64,000 bases of DNA. It comes from Eledone cirrhosa. Taxonomy: Eukaryota. Position numbers and translations under genes: made by a program. The first letter of the stretch is position 1. The number at the start of each line of letters is the position of its first letter. Shown piece after piece: positions 40,801 to 54,253 of the stretch. The stretch lies in contig OZ024748.1 in assembly GCA_964016885.1 (NCBI GenBank), positions 22,568,001 through 22,632,000 on the forward strand. Reading direction: 5' to 3'. The notes below the pieces were generated by a model, which saw nothing but the letters and a program-made list of their open reading frames with translations, was not told where the DNA came from and ran no database searches.

Positions 40801-43800
40801 GGGAGGGCGGGAGAGACGGAGGCGATGACAGTGGGAGTTTGGTTCCTCTGTGTTCGGACATGGTGTACATGAGAGATGTAGGTGGTGGGAGAGACAGAGG
40901 CGATGACAGTGAGAGTTTGGTTCCTCTGTGTTCGGACATGGTGTACATGAGAGATGTAGGTGGCGGGAGAGACAGAGGCGATGACAGTGGGAGTTTGGTT
41001 CCTCTGTGTCCGGACCTGGCGTACATGAGAGATGGGGAGGGCGGGAGAGACAGAGGCGATGACAGTGAGAGTTTGGTTCCTCTGTGTTCGGACATGGTGT
41101 ACATGAGAGATGTAGGTGGCGGGAGAGACAGAGGCGATGACAGTGAGAGTTTGGTTCCTCTGTGTTCGGACATGGTGTACATGAGAGATGTAGGTGGTGG
41201 GAGAGACAGAGGCGATGACAGTGGGAGTTTGGTTCCTCTGTGTCCGGACATGGTGTACATGAGAGATGGGGAGGGCGGGAGAGACGGAGGCGATGACAGT
41301 GGGTGTTTGGTTCCTCTGTGTCCGGACATGGTGTACATGAGAGATGTAGGTGGCGGGAGAGACAGAGGCGATGACAGTGGGAGTTTGGTTCCTCTGTGTT
41401 CGGACATGGTGTACATGAGAGATGGGGAGGGCGGGAGAGACAGAGGCGATGACAGTGAGAGTTTGGTTCCTCTGTGTTCGGACATGGTGTACATGAGAGA
41501 TGTAGGTGGTGGGAGAGACAGAGGCGATGACAGTGGGAGTTTGGTTCCTCTGTGTCCGGACATGGTGTACATGAGAGATGGGGAGGGCGGGAGAGACGGA
41601 GGCGATGACAGTGGGAGTTTGGTTCCTCTGTGTTCGGACATGGTGTACATGAGAGATGTAGGTGGCGGGAGAGACAGAGGCGATGACAGTGGGAGTTTGG
41701 TTCCTCTGTGTCCGGACATGGTGTACATGAGAGAGGGGAGGGCGGGAGAGACGGAGGCGATGACAGTGGGAGTTTGGTTCCTCTGTGTTCGGACATGGTG
41801 TACATGAGAGATGTGGGTGGTGGGAGAGACAGAGGCGATGACAGTGGGAGTTTGGTTCCTCTGTGTTCGGACATGGTGTACATGAGAGATGTAGGTGGCG
41901 GGAGAGAGAGAGGCGATGACAGTGGGAGTTTGGTTCCTCTGTGTTCGGACATGGTGTACATGAGAGATGGGGAGGGCGGGAGAGACAGAGGCGATGACAG
42001 TGGGAGTTTGGTTCCTCTGTGTTCGGACATGGTGTACATGAGAGATGGGGAGGGCGGGAGAGACAGAGGCGATGACAGTGAGAGTTTGGTTCCTCTGTGT
42101 CCGGACATGGTGTACATGAGAGATGTAGGTGGCGGGAGAGACAGAGGCGATGACAGTGGGAGTTTGGTTCCTCTGTGTTCGGACATGGTGTATATGAGAG
42201 ATGTAGGTGGCGAGAGAGACAGAGGTGATGACAGTGGGAGTTTGGTTCCTCTGTGTTCGGACATGGTGTACATGAAAAGATGGGGAGGGCGGGAGAGACG
42301 GAGGCGATGACAGTGGGAGTTTGGTTCCTCTGTGTTCGGACATGGTGTACATGAGAGATGGGGAGGGCGGGAGAGACGGAGGCGATGACAGTGAGAGTTT
42401 GGTTCCTCTGTGTTCGGACATGGTGTACATGAGAGATGGGGAGGGCGGGAGAGACGGAGGCGATGACAGTGGGAGTTTGGTTCCTCTGTGTTCGGACATG
42501 GTGTACATGAGAGATGGGGAGGGCGGGAGAGACGGAGGCGATGACAGTGGGAGTTTGGTTCCTCTGTGTTCGGACATGGTGTACATGAGAGATGTGGAGG
42601 GCGGGAGAGACAGAGGAGATGACAGTGGGAGTTTGGTTCCTCTGTGTTCGGACATGGTGTACATGAGAGATGTAGGTGGCAGGAGAGACGGAGGCGATGA
42701 CAGTGGGAGTTTGGTTCCTCTGTGTTCGGACATGGTGTACATGAGAGATGATGGTGGTGGGAGAGACAGAGGCGATGACAGTGGGAGTTTGGTTCCTCTG
42801 TGTTCGGACATGGTGTACATGAGAGATGTAGGTGGCAGGAGAGACGGAGGCGATGACAGTGGGAGTTTGGTTCCTCTGTGTTCGGACATGGTGTACATGA
42901 GAGATGTAGGTGGTGGGAGAGACAGAGGCGATGACAGTGGGAGTTTGGTTCCTCTGTGTTCGGACATGGTGTACATGAGAGATGTAGGTGGCGGGAGAGA
43001 CAGAGGCGATGACAGTGGGAGTTTGGTTCCTCTGTGTTTGGACCTGGTGTACATGAGAGATGGGGAGGGCGTGAGAGACAGAGGCGATGACAGTGGGAGT
43101 TTGGTTCCTCTGTGTTCGGACATGGTGTACATGAGAGATGTAGGTGGAGAGAGAGACAGAGGCGATGACAGTGGGAGTTTGGTTCCTCTGTGTTCGGACA
43201 TGGCGTACATGAGAGATGTAGGTGGAGAGAGAGACAGAGGCGATGACAGTGGGAGTTTGGTTCCTCTGTGTTCGGACATGGTGTACATGAGAGATGGGGA
43301 GGGAGAGAGAGACGGAGGCGATGACAGTGGGAGTTTGGTTCCTCTGTGTTCGGACATGGTGTATATGAGAGATGTAGGTGGAGAGAGAGACAGAGGCGAT
43401 GACAGTGGGAGTTTGGTTCCTCTGTGTTCGGACCTGGTGTACATGAGAGATGTAGGTGGCGGGAGAGACAGAGCCGATGACAGTGGGAGTTTGGTTCCTC
43501 TGTGTTGGGACATGGTGTACATGAGAGATGTAGGTGGCGGGAGAGACGGAGGCGATGACAGTGGGAGTTTGGTTCCTCTGTGTTCGGACATGGTGTACAT
43601 GAGAGATGTGGAGGGCGGGAGAGACAGAGGAGATGACAGTGGGAGTTTGGTTCCTCTGTGTTCGGACATGGTGTACATGAGAGATGTAGGTGGCGGGAGA
43701 GACGGAGGCGATGACAGTGGGAGTTTGGTTCCTCTGTGTTCGGACATGGTGTACATGAGAGATGTAGGTGGTGGGAGAGACAGAGGCGATGACAGTGGGA

Positions 43801-46800
43801 GTTTGGTTCCTCTGTGTTCGGACATGGTGTACATGAGAGATGTAGGTGGCAGGAGATACGGAGGCGATGACAGTGGGAGTTTGGTTCCTCTGTGTTCGGA
43901 CATGGTGTACATGAGAGATGTAGGTGGTGGGAGAGACAGAGGCGATGACAGTGGGAGTTTGGTTCCTCTGTGTTCGGACATGGTGTACATGAGAGATGGG
44001 GAGGGCGTGAGAGACAGAGGCGATGACAGTGGGAGTTTGGTTCCTCTGTGTTCGGACCTGGTGTACATGAGAGATGTAGGTGGTGGAAGAGACAGAGGCG
44101 ATGACAGTGGGAGTTTGGTTCCTCTGTGTTCGGACCTGGTGTACATGAGAGATGTACGTGGTGGAAGAGACAGAGGCGATGACAGTGGGAGTTTGGTTCC
44201 TCTGTGTTCGGACATGGTGTACATGAGAGATGTAGGTGGCGGGAGAGACAGAGGCGATGACAGTGGGAGTTTGGTTCCTCTGTGTTTGGACATGGTGTAC
44301 ATGAGAGATGGGGAGGGCGGGAGAGACGGAGGTGATGACAGTGGGAGTTTGGTTCCTCTGTGTTCGGACATGGTGTACATGAGAGATGGGGAGGGCGGGA
44401 GAGACGGAGGTGATGACAGTGGGAGTTTGGTTCCTCTGTGTTCGAACATGGTGTACATGAGAGATGGGGAGGGCGGGAGAGACGGAGGTGATGACAGTGG
44501 GAGTTTGGTTCCTCTGTGTTCGGACATGGTGTACATGAGAGATGTAGGTGGCGGGAGAGACAGAGGCGATGACACTGGGAGTTTGGTTCCTCTGTGTTCG
44601 GACATGGTGTACATGAGAGATGTAGGTGGCGGGAGAGACGGAGGTGATGACAGTGGGAGTTTGGTTCCTCTGTGTTCGGACATGGTGTACATGAGAGATG
44701 GGGAGGGCGGGAGAGACGGAGGTGATGACAGTGGGAGTTTGGTTCCTCTGTGTTCGGACATGGTGTACATGAGAGATGTAGGTGGCGGGAGAGACAGAGG
44801 CGATGACACTGGGAGTTTGGTTCCTCTGTGTTCGGACATGGTGTACATGAGAGATGTAGGTGGCGGGAGAGACAGAGGCGATGACAGTGGGAGTTTGGTT
44901 CCTCTGTGTCCGAACATGGTGTACATGAGAGATGTAGGTGGTGGAAGAGACAGAGGCGATGACAGTGGGAGTTTGGTTCCTCTGTGTTCGGACATGGTGT
45001 ACATGAGAGATGTAGGTGGTGGGAGAGACAGAGGCGATGACAGTGGGAGTTTGGTTCCTCTGTGTTCGGACATGGTGTACATGAGAGATGTAGGTGGTGG
45101 GAGAGACAGAGGCGATGACAGTGGGAGTTTGGTTCCTCTGTGTTCGGACATGGTGTACATGAGAGATGTAGGTGGTGGAAGAGACAGAGGCGATGACAGT
45201 GGGAGTTTGGTTCCTCTGTGTTCGGACATGGTGTACATGAGAGATGTAGGTGGTGGAAGAGACAGAGCCGATGACAGTGGGAGTTTGGTTCCTCTGTGTT
45301 CGGACATGGTGTACATGAGAGATGTAGGTGGTGGAAGAGACAGAGCCGATGACAGTGGGAGTTTGGTTCCTCTGTGTTCGGACATGGTGTACATGAGAGA
45401 TGTAGGTGGTGGGAGAGACAGAGCCGATGACAGTGGGAGTTTGGTTCCTCTGTGTTCGGACATGGTGTACATGAGAGATGTAGGTGGAGAGAGAGACAGA
45501 GGCGATGACAGTGGGAGTTTGGTTCCTCTGTGTTCGGACATGGTGTACATGAGAGATGTAGGTGGCGGGAGAGACAGAGGCGATGACAGTGGGAGTTTGG
45601 TTCCTCAGTGTTCGGACATGGTGTACATGAGATATGTAGGTGGAGAGAGAGACAGAGGCGATGACAGTGGGAGTTTGGTTCCTCTGTGTTCGGACATGGT
45701 GTACATGAGAGATGTAGGTGGCGGGAGAGACAGAGGCGATGACAGTGGGAGTTTGGTTCCTCTGTGTTCGGACCTGGTGTACATGAGAGATGTAGGTGGC
45801 GGGAGAGACAGAGGAGATGACAGTGGGGGTTTGGTTCCTCTGTGTTCGGACATGGTGTACATGAGAGATGTAGGTGGCGGGAGAGACAGAGGCGATGACA
45901 GTGGGAGTTTGGTTCCTCAGTGTTCGGACATGGTGTACATGAGAGATGGGGAGGGCGGGAGAGACAGAGGCGATGACAGTGGGAGTTTGGTTCCTCTGTG
46001 TTCGGACATGGTGTACATGAGAGATGTAGGTGGCGGGAGAGACAGAGGCGATGACAGTGGGAGTTTGGTTCCTCTGTGTTCGGACATGGTGTACATGAGA
46101 GATGTAGGTGGCGGGAGAGACAGAGGAGATGACAGTGGGAGTTTGGTTCCTCTGTGTTCGGACATGGTGTACATGAGAGATGGGGAGAGCGGGAGAGACA
46201 GAGGCGATGACAGTGGGAGTTTGGTTCCTCTGTGTTCGGACATGGTGTACATGAGAGATGTAGGTGGCGGGAGAGACAGAGGCGATGACAGTGGGAGTTT
46301 GGTTCCTCAGTGTTCGGACATGGTGTACATGAGAGATGGGGAGGGCGGGAGAGACAGAGGCGATGACAGTGGGAGTTTGGTTCCTCTGTGTTCGGACATG
46401 GTGTACATGAGAGATGTAGGTGGCGGGAGAGACAGAGGCGATGACAGTGGGAGTTTGGTTCCTCTGTGTTCGGACATGGTGTACATGAGAGATGTAGGTG
46501 GCGGGAGAGACAGAGGCGATGACAGTTGGAGTTTGGTTCCTCTGTGTTCGGACATGGTGTACATGAGAGATGTAGGTGGCGGGAGAGACAGAGGAGATGA
46601 CAGTGGGAGTTTGGTTCCTCTGTGTTCGGACATGGTGTACATGAGAGATGGGGAGGGAGAGAGAGACAGAGGCGATGACAGTGGGAGTTTGGTTCCTCTG
46701 TGTTCGGACATGGTGTACATGAGAGATGGGGAGGGCGGGAGAGACAGAGGCGATGACAGTGGGAGTTTGGTTCCTCTGTGTTCGGACCTGGTGTACATGA

Positions 46801-49800
46801 GAGATGTAGGTGGCGGGAGAGACAGAGGCGATGACAGTGGGAGTTTGGTTCCTCTGTGTTCGGACATGGTGTACATGAGAGATGTAGGTGGCGGGAGAGA
46901 CAGAGGAGATGACAGTGGGAGTTTGGTTCCTCTGTGTTCGGACATGGTGTACATGAGAGATGTACGTGGTGGAAGAGACAGAGGCGATGACAGTGGGAGT
47001 TTGGTTCCTCTGTGTTCGGACCTGGTGTACATGAGAGATGGGGAGGGCGGGAGAGACAGAGGCGATGACAGTGGGAGTTTGGTTCCTCTGTGTTCGGACC
47101 TGGTGTACATGAGAGATGGGGAGGGCGGGAGAGACAGAGGTGATGACAGTGGGAGTTTGGTTCCTCTGTGTTCGGACATGGTGTACATGAGAGATGTAGG
47201 TGGTGGGAGAGACAGAGGCGATGACAGTGGGAGTTTGGTTCCTCTGTGTTCGGACCTGGTGTACATGAGAGATGTAGGTGGTGGGAGAGACAGAGGCGAT
47301 GACAGTGGGAGTTTGGTTCCTCTGTGTTCGGACCTGGTGTACATGAGAGATGGGGAGGGAGAGAGAGACGGAGGTGATGACAGTGGGAGTTTGGTTCCTC
47401 TGTGTTCGGACATGGTGTACATGAGAGATGTAGGTGGTGGGAGAGACAGAGGCGATGACAGTGGGAGTTTGGTTCCTCTGTGTTCGGACCTGGTGTACAT
47501 GAGAGATGGGGAGGGCGGCAGAGACAGAGGCGATGACAGTGGGAGTTTGGTTCCTCTGTGTTCGGACCTGGTGTACATGAGAGATGGGGAGGGCGGGAGA
47601 GACAGAGGCGATGACAGTGGGAGTTTGGTTCCTCTGTGTTCGGACATGGTGTACATGAGAGATGTAGGTGCTGGGAGAGACAGAGGCGATGACAGTGGGA
47701 GTTTGGTTCCTCTGTGTTCGGACCTGGTGTACATGAGTGATGGGGAGGGAGAGAGAGACGGAGGTGATGACAGTGGGAGTTTGGTTCCTCTGTGTTCGGA
47801 CATGGTGTACATGAGAGATGTAGGTGGCGGGAGAGACAGAGGCGATGACAGTGGGAGTTTTGTTCCTCTGTGTTCGGACATGGTGTACATGAGAGATGTA
47901 GGTGGCGGGAGAGACAGAGGCGATGACAGTGGGAGTTTGGTTCCTCTGTGTTCGGACCTGGTGTACATGAGAGATGGGGAGGGCGGGAGAGACAGAGGCG
48001 ATGACAGTGGGAGTTTGGTTCCTCTGTGTTCGGACATGGTGTACATGAGAGATGGGGAGGGCGGGAGAGACGGAGGTGATGACAGTGGGAGTTTGGTTCC
48101 TCTGTGTTCGGACATGGTGTACATGAGAGATGTAGGTGGCGGGAGAGACAGAGGCGATGACACTGGGAGTTTGGTTCCTCTGTGTTCGGACATGGTGTAC
48201 ATGAGAGATGTAGGTGGCGGGAGAGACAGAGGCGATGACAGTGGGAGTTTGGTTCCTCTGTGTCCGAACATGGTGTACATGAGAGATGTAGGTGGTGGAA
48301 GAGACAGAGGCGATGACAGTGGGAGTTTGGTTCCTCTGTGTTCGGACATGGTGTACATGAGAGATGTAGGTGGTGGGAGAGACAGAGGCGATGACAGTGG
48401 GAGTTTGGTTCCTCTGTGTTCGGACATGGTGTACATGAGAGATGTAGGTGGTGGGAGAGACAGAGGCGATGACAGTGGGAGTTTGGTTCCTCTGTGTTCG
48501 GACATGGTGTACATGAGAGATGTAGGTGGTGGAAGAGACAGAGGCGATGACAGTGGGAGTTTGGTTCCTCTGTGTTCGGACATGGTGTACATGAGAGATG
48601 TAGGTGGTGGAAGAGACAGAGCCGATGACAGTGGGAGTTTGGTTCCTCTGTGTTCGGACATGGTGTACATGAGAGATGTAGGTGGTGGAAGAGACAGAGC
48701 CGATGACAGTGGGAGTTTGGTTCCTCTGTGTTCGGACATGGTGTACATGAGAGATGTAGGTGGTGGGAGAGACAGAGCCGATGACAGTGGGAGTTTGGTT
48801 CCTCTGTGTTCGGACATGGTGTACATGAGAGATGTAGGTGGAGAGAGAGACAGAGGCGATGACAGTGGGAGTTTGGTTCCTCTGTGTTCGGACATGGTGT
48901 ACATGAGAGATGTAGGTGGCGGGAGAGACAGAGGCGATGACAGTGGGAGTTTGGTTCCTCAGTGTTCGGACATGGTGTACATGAGATATGTAGGTGGAGA
49001 GAGAGACAGAGGCGATGACAGTGGGAGTTTGGTTCCTCTGTGTTCGGACATGGTGTACATGAGAGATGTAGGTGGCGGGAGAGACAGAGGCGATGACAGT
49101 GGGAGTTTGGTTCCTCTGTGTTCGGACCTGGTGTACATGAGAGATGTAGGTGGCGGGAGAGACAGAGGAGATGACAGTGGGGGTTTGGTTCCTCTGTGTT
49201 CGGACATGGTGTACATGAGAGATGTAGGTGGCGGGAGAGACAGAGGCGATGACAGTGGGAGTTTGGTTCCTCAGTGTTCGGACATGGTGTACATGAGAGA
49301 TGGGGAGGGCGGGAGAGACAGAGGCGATGACAGTGGGAGTTTGGTTCCTCTGTGTTCGGACATGGTGTACATGAGAGATGTAGGTGGCGGGAGAGACAGA
49401 GGCGATGACAGTGGGAGTTTGGTTCCTCTGTGTTCGGACATGGTGTACATGAGAGATGTAGGTGGCGGGAGAGACAGAGGAGATGACAGTGGGAGTTTGG
49501 TTCCTCTGTGTTCGGACATGGTGTACATGAGAGATGGGGAGAGCGGGAGAGACAGAGGCGATGACAGTGGGAGTTTGGTTCCTCTGTGTTCGGACATGGT
49601 GTACATGAGAGATGTAGGTGGCGGGAGAGACAGAGGCGATGACAGTGGGAGTTTGGTTCCTCAGTGTTCGGACATGGTGTACATGAGAGATGGGGAGGGC
49701 GGGAGAGACAGAGGCGATGACAGTGGGAGTTTGGTTCCTCTGTGTTCGGACATGGTGTACATGAGAGATGTAGGTGGCGGGAGAGACAGAGGCGATGACA

Positions 49801-52800
49801 GTGGGAGTTTGGTTCCTCTGTGTTCGGACATGGTGTACATGAGAGATGTAGGTGGCGGGAGAGACAGAGGCGATGACAGTTGGAGTTTGGTTCCTCTGTG
49901 TTCGGACATGGTGTACATGAGAGATGTAGGTGGCGGGAGAGACAGAGGAGATGACAGTGGGAGTTTGGTTCCTCTGTGTTCGGACATGGTGTACATGAGA
50001 GATGGGGAGGGAGAGAGAGACAGAGGCGATGACAGTGGGAGTTTGGTTCCTCTGTGTTCGGACATGGTGTACATGAGAGATGGGGAGGGCGGGAGAGACA
50101 GAGGCGATGACAGTGGGAGTTTGGTTCCTCTGTGTTCGGACCTGGTGTACATGAGAGATGTAGGTGGCGGGAGAGACAGAGGCGATGACAGTGGGAGTTT
50201 GGTTCCTCTGTGTTCGGACATGGTGTACATGAGAGATGTAGGTGGCGGGAGAGACAGAGGAGATGACAGTGGGAGTTTGGTTCCTCTGTGTTCGGACATG
50301 GTGTACATGAGAGATGTACGTGGTGGAAGAGACAGAGGCGATGACAGTGGGAGTTTGGTTCCTCTGTGTTCGGACCTGGTGTACATGAGAGATGGGGAGG
50401 GCGGGAGAGACAGAGGCGATGACAGTGGGAGTTTGGTTCCTCTGTGTTCGGACCTGGTGTACATGAGAGATGGGGAGGGCGGGAGAGACAGAGGTGATGA
50501 CAGTGGGAGTTTGGTTCCTCTGTGTTCGGACATGGTGTACATGAGAGATGTAGGTGGTGGGAGAGACAGAGGCGATGACAGTGGGAGTTTGGTTCCTCTG
50601 TGTTCGGACCTGGTGTACATGAGAGATGTAGGTGGTGGGAGAGACAGAGGCGATGACAGTGGGAGTTTGGTTCCTCTGTGTTCGGACCTGGTGTACATGA
50701 GAGATGGGGAGGGAGAGAGAGACGGAGGTGATGACAGTGGGAGTTTGGTTCCTCTGTGTTCGGACATGGTGTACATGAGAGATGTAGGTGGTGGGAGAGA
50801 CAGAGGCGATGACAGTGGGAGTTTGGTTCCTCTGTGTTCGGACCTGGTGTACATGAGAGATGGGGAGGGCGGCAGAGACAGAGGCGATGACAGTGGGAGT
50901 TTGGTTCCTCTGTGTTCGGACCTGGTGTACATGAGAGATGGGGAGGGCGGGAGAGACAGAGGCGATGACAGTGGGAGTTTGGTTCCTCTGTGTTCGGACA
51001 TGGTGTACATGAGAGATGTAGGTGCTGGGAGAGACAGAGGCGATGACAGTGGGAGTTTGGTTCCTCTGTGTTCGGACCTGGTGTACATGAGTGATGGGGA
51101 GGGAGAGAGAGACGGAGGTGATGACAGTGGGAGTTTGGTTCCTCTGTGTTCGGACATGGTGTACATGAGAGATGTAGGTGGCGGGAGAGACAGAGGCGAT
51201 GACAGTGGGAGTTTTGTTCCTCTGTGTTCGGACATGGTGTACATGAGAGATGTAGGTGGCGGGAGAGACAGAGGCGATGACAGTGGGAGTTTGGTTCCTC
51301 TGTGTTCGGACCTGGTGTACATGAGAGATGGGGAGGGCGGGAGAGACAGAGGCGATGACAGTGGGAGTTTGGTTCCTCTGTGTTCGGACCTGGTGTACAT
51401 GAGAGATGGGGAGGGAGAGAGAGACGGAGGTGATGACAGTGGGAGTTTGGTTCCTCTGTGTTCGGACATGGTGTACATGAGAGATGTAGGTGGCGGGAGA
51501 GACAGAGGCGATGACAGTGGGAGTTTGGTTCCTCTGTGTTCGGACATGGTGTACATGAGAGATGGGGAGGGCGGGAGAGACAGAGGCGATGACAGTGGGA
51601 GTTTGGTTCCTCTGTGTTCGGACATGGTGTACATGAGAGATGTAGGTGCTGGGAGAGACAGAGGCGATGACAGTGGGAGTTTGGTTCCTCTGTGTTCGGA
51701 CCTGGTGTACATGAGTGATGGGGAGGGAGAGAGAGACGGAGGTGATGACAGTGGGAGTTTGGTTCCTCTGTGTTCGGACATGGTGTACATGAGAGATGTA
51801 GGTGGCGGGAGAGACAGAGGCGATGACAGTGGGAGTTTTGTTCCTCTGTGTTCGGACATGGTGTACATGAGAGATGTAGGTGGCGGGAGAGACAGAGGCG
51901 ATGACAGTGGGAGTTTGGTTCCTCTGTGTTCGGACCTGGTGTACATGAGAGATGGGGAGGGCGGGAGAGACAGAGGCGATGACAGTGGGAGTTTGGTTCC
52001 TCTGTGTTCGGACCTGGTGTACATGAGAGATGGGGAGGGAGAGAGAGACGGAGGTGATGACAGTGGGAGTTTGGTTCCTCTGTGTTCGGACATGGTGTAC
52101 ATGAGAGATGTAGGTGGCGGGAGAGACAGAGGCGATTACAGTGGGAGTTTGGTTCCTCTGTGTTCGGACATGGTGTACATGAGAGATGGGGAGGGCGGGA
52201 GAGACAGAGGCGATGACAGTGGGAGTTTGGTTCCTCTGTGTTCGGACCTGGTGTACATGAGAGATGGGGAGGGAGAGAGAGACGGAGGTGATGACAGTGG
52301 GAGTTTGGTTCCTCTGTGTTCGGACATGGTGTACATGAGAGATGTAGGTGGCGGGAGAGACAGAGGCGATGACAGTGGGAGTTTGGTTCCTCTGTGTTCG
52401 GACATGGTATACATGAGAGATGGGGAGGGCGGGAGAGACAGAGGCGATGACAGTGGGAGTTTGGTTCCTCTGTGTTCGGACCTGGTGTACATGAGAGATG
52501 GGGAGGGAGAGAGAGACGGAGGTGATGACAGTGGGAGTTTGGTTCCTCTGTGTTCGGACATGGTGTACATGAGAGATGTAGGTGGCGGGAGAGACAGAGG
52601 CGATGACAGTGGGAGTTTGGTTCCTCTGTGTTCGGACATGGTGTACATGAGAGATGTAGGTGGCGGGAGAGACAGAGGCGATGACAGTGGGAGTTTGGTT
52701 CCTCTGTGTTCGGACATGGTGTACATGAGAGATGGGGAGGGCGGGAGAGACAGAGGCGATGACAGTGGGAGTTTGGTTCCTCTGTGTTCGGACATGGTGT

Positions 52801-54253
52801 ACATGAGAGATGTAGGTGGTGGGAGAGACAGAGGCGATGACAGTGGGAGTTTGGTTCCTCTGTGTTCGGACCTGGTGTACATGAGAGATGGGGAGGGAGA
52901 GAGAGACGGAGGTGATGACAGTGGGAGTTTGGTTCCTCTGTGTTCGGACATGGTGTACATGAGAGATGTAGGTGGTGGGAGAGACAGAGGCGATGACAGT
53001 GGGAGTTTGGTTCCTCTGTGTTCGGACCTGGTGTACATGAGAGATGGGGAGGGAGAGAGAGACGGAGGTGATGACAGTGGGAGTTTGGTTCCTCTGTGTT
53101 CGGACATGGTGTACATGAGAGATGTAGGTGGTGGGAGAGACAGAGGCGATGACAGTGGGAGTTTGGTTCCTCTGTGTTCGGACCTGGTGTACATGAGAGA
53201 TGGGGAGGGAGATTGAGACAGAGGCGATGACAGTGGGAGTTTGGTTCCTCTGTGTTCGGACATGGTGTACATGAGAGATGGGGAGGGCGGGAGAGACAGA
53301 GGCGATGACAGTGGGAGTTTGGTTCCTCTGTGTTCGGACCTGGTGTACATGAGAGATGTAGGTGGCGGGAGAGACAGAGGCGATGACAGTGGGAGTTTGG
53401 TTCCTCTGTGTTCGGACATGGTGTACATGAGAGATGTAGGTGGCGGGAGAGACAGAGGCGATGACAGTGGGAGTTTGGTTCCTCTGTGTTCGGACATGGT
53501 GTACATGAGAGATGGGGAGGGCGGGAGAGACAGAGGCGATGACAGTGGGAGTTTGGTTCCTCTGTGTTCGGACCTGGTGTACATGAGAGATGTAGGTGGC
53601 GGGAGAGACAGAGGCGATGACAGTGGGAGTTTGGTTCATCTGTGTTCGGACCTGGTGTACATGAGAGATGTAGGTGGCGGGAGAGACAGAGGCGATGACA
53701 GTGGGAGTTTGGTTCCTCTGTGTTCGGACATGGTGTACATGAGAGATGTAGGTGGCGGGAGAGACAGAGGCGATGACAGTGGGAGTTTGGTTCCTCTGTG
53801 TTCGGACATGGTGTACATGAGAGATGTAGGTGGTGGAAGAGACAGAGGCGATGACAGTGGGAGTTTGGTTCCTCTGTGTTCGGCCATGGTGTACATGAGA
53901 GATGTAGGTGGCGGGAGAGACGGAGGCGATGACAGTGGGAGTTTGGTTCCTCTGTGTTGGGACCTGGTGTACATGAGAGATGTAGGTGGTGGAAGAGACA
54001 GAGGCGATGACAGTGGGAGTTTGGTTCCTCTGTGTTCGGACATGGTGTACATGAGAGATGGGGAGAGCTGGAGAGACAGAGGCGATGACAGTGGGAGTTT
54101 GGTTCCTCTGTGTTCGGACATGGTGTACATGAGAGATGGGGAGAGCTGGAGAGACAGAGGCGATGACAGTGGGAGTTTGGTTCCTCTGTGTTCGGACCTG
54201 GTGTACATGAGAGATGGGGAGGGCGGGAGAGACAGAGTCGATGACAGTGGGAG
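28810..54253. repeat. 78-bp tandem repeat array (~25.4 kb, ~326 units) with higher-order duplications
   Basis: Consensus atgagagatgtaggtggcgggagagacagaggcgatgacagtgggagtttggttcctctgtgttcggacatggtgtac; eight 74-bp variants between 31.8 and 36.8 kb; ends mid-unit at ..gtgggagt|aagc. Confidence 0.98.

Noticed and set aside
28810-54253. CRISPR array
   Set aside because: No unique spacers, no cas genes, eukaryotic context.
28810-54253. Tandem snoRNA/tRNA cluster or UGA-recoded selenoprotein repeat
   Set aside because: Box C (TGATGA) only in minor variants and no box D; no cloverleaf or Pol III boxes; the repeated TGA is explained as the CRE ORF stop and no SECIS is evident.
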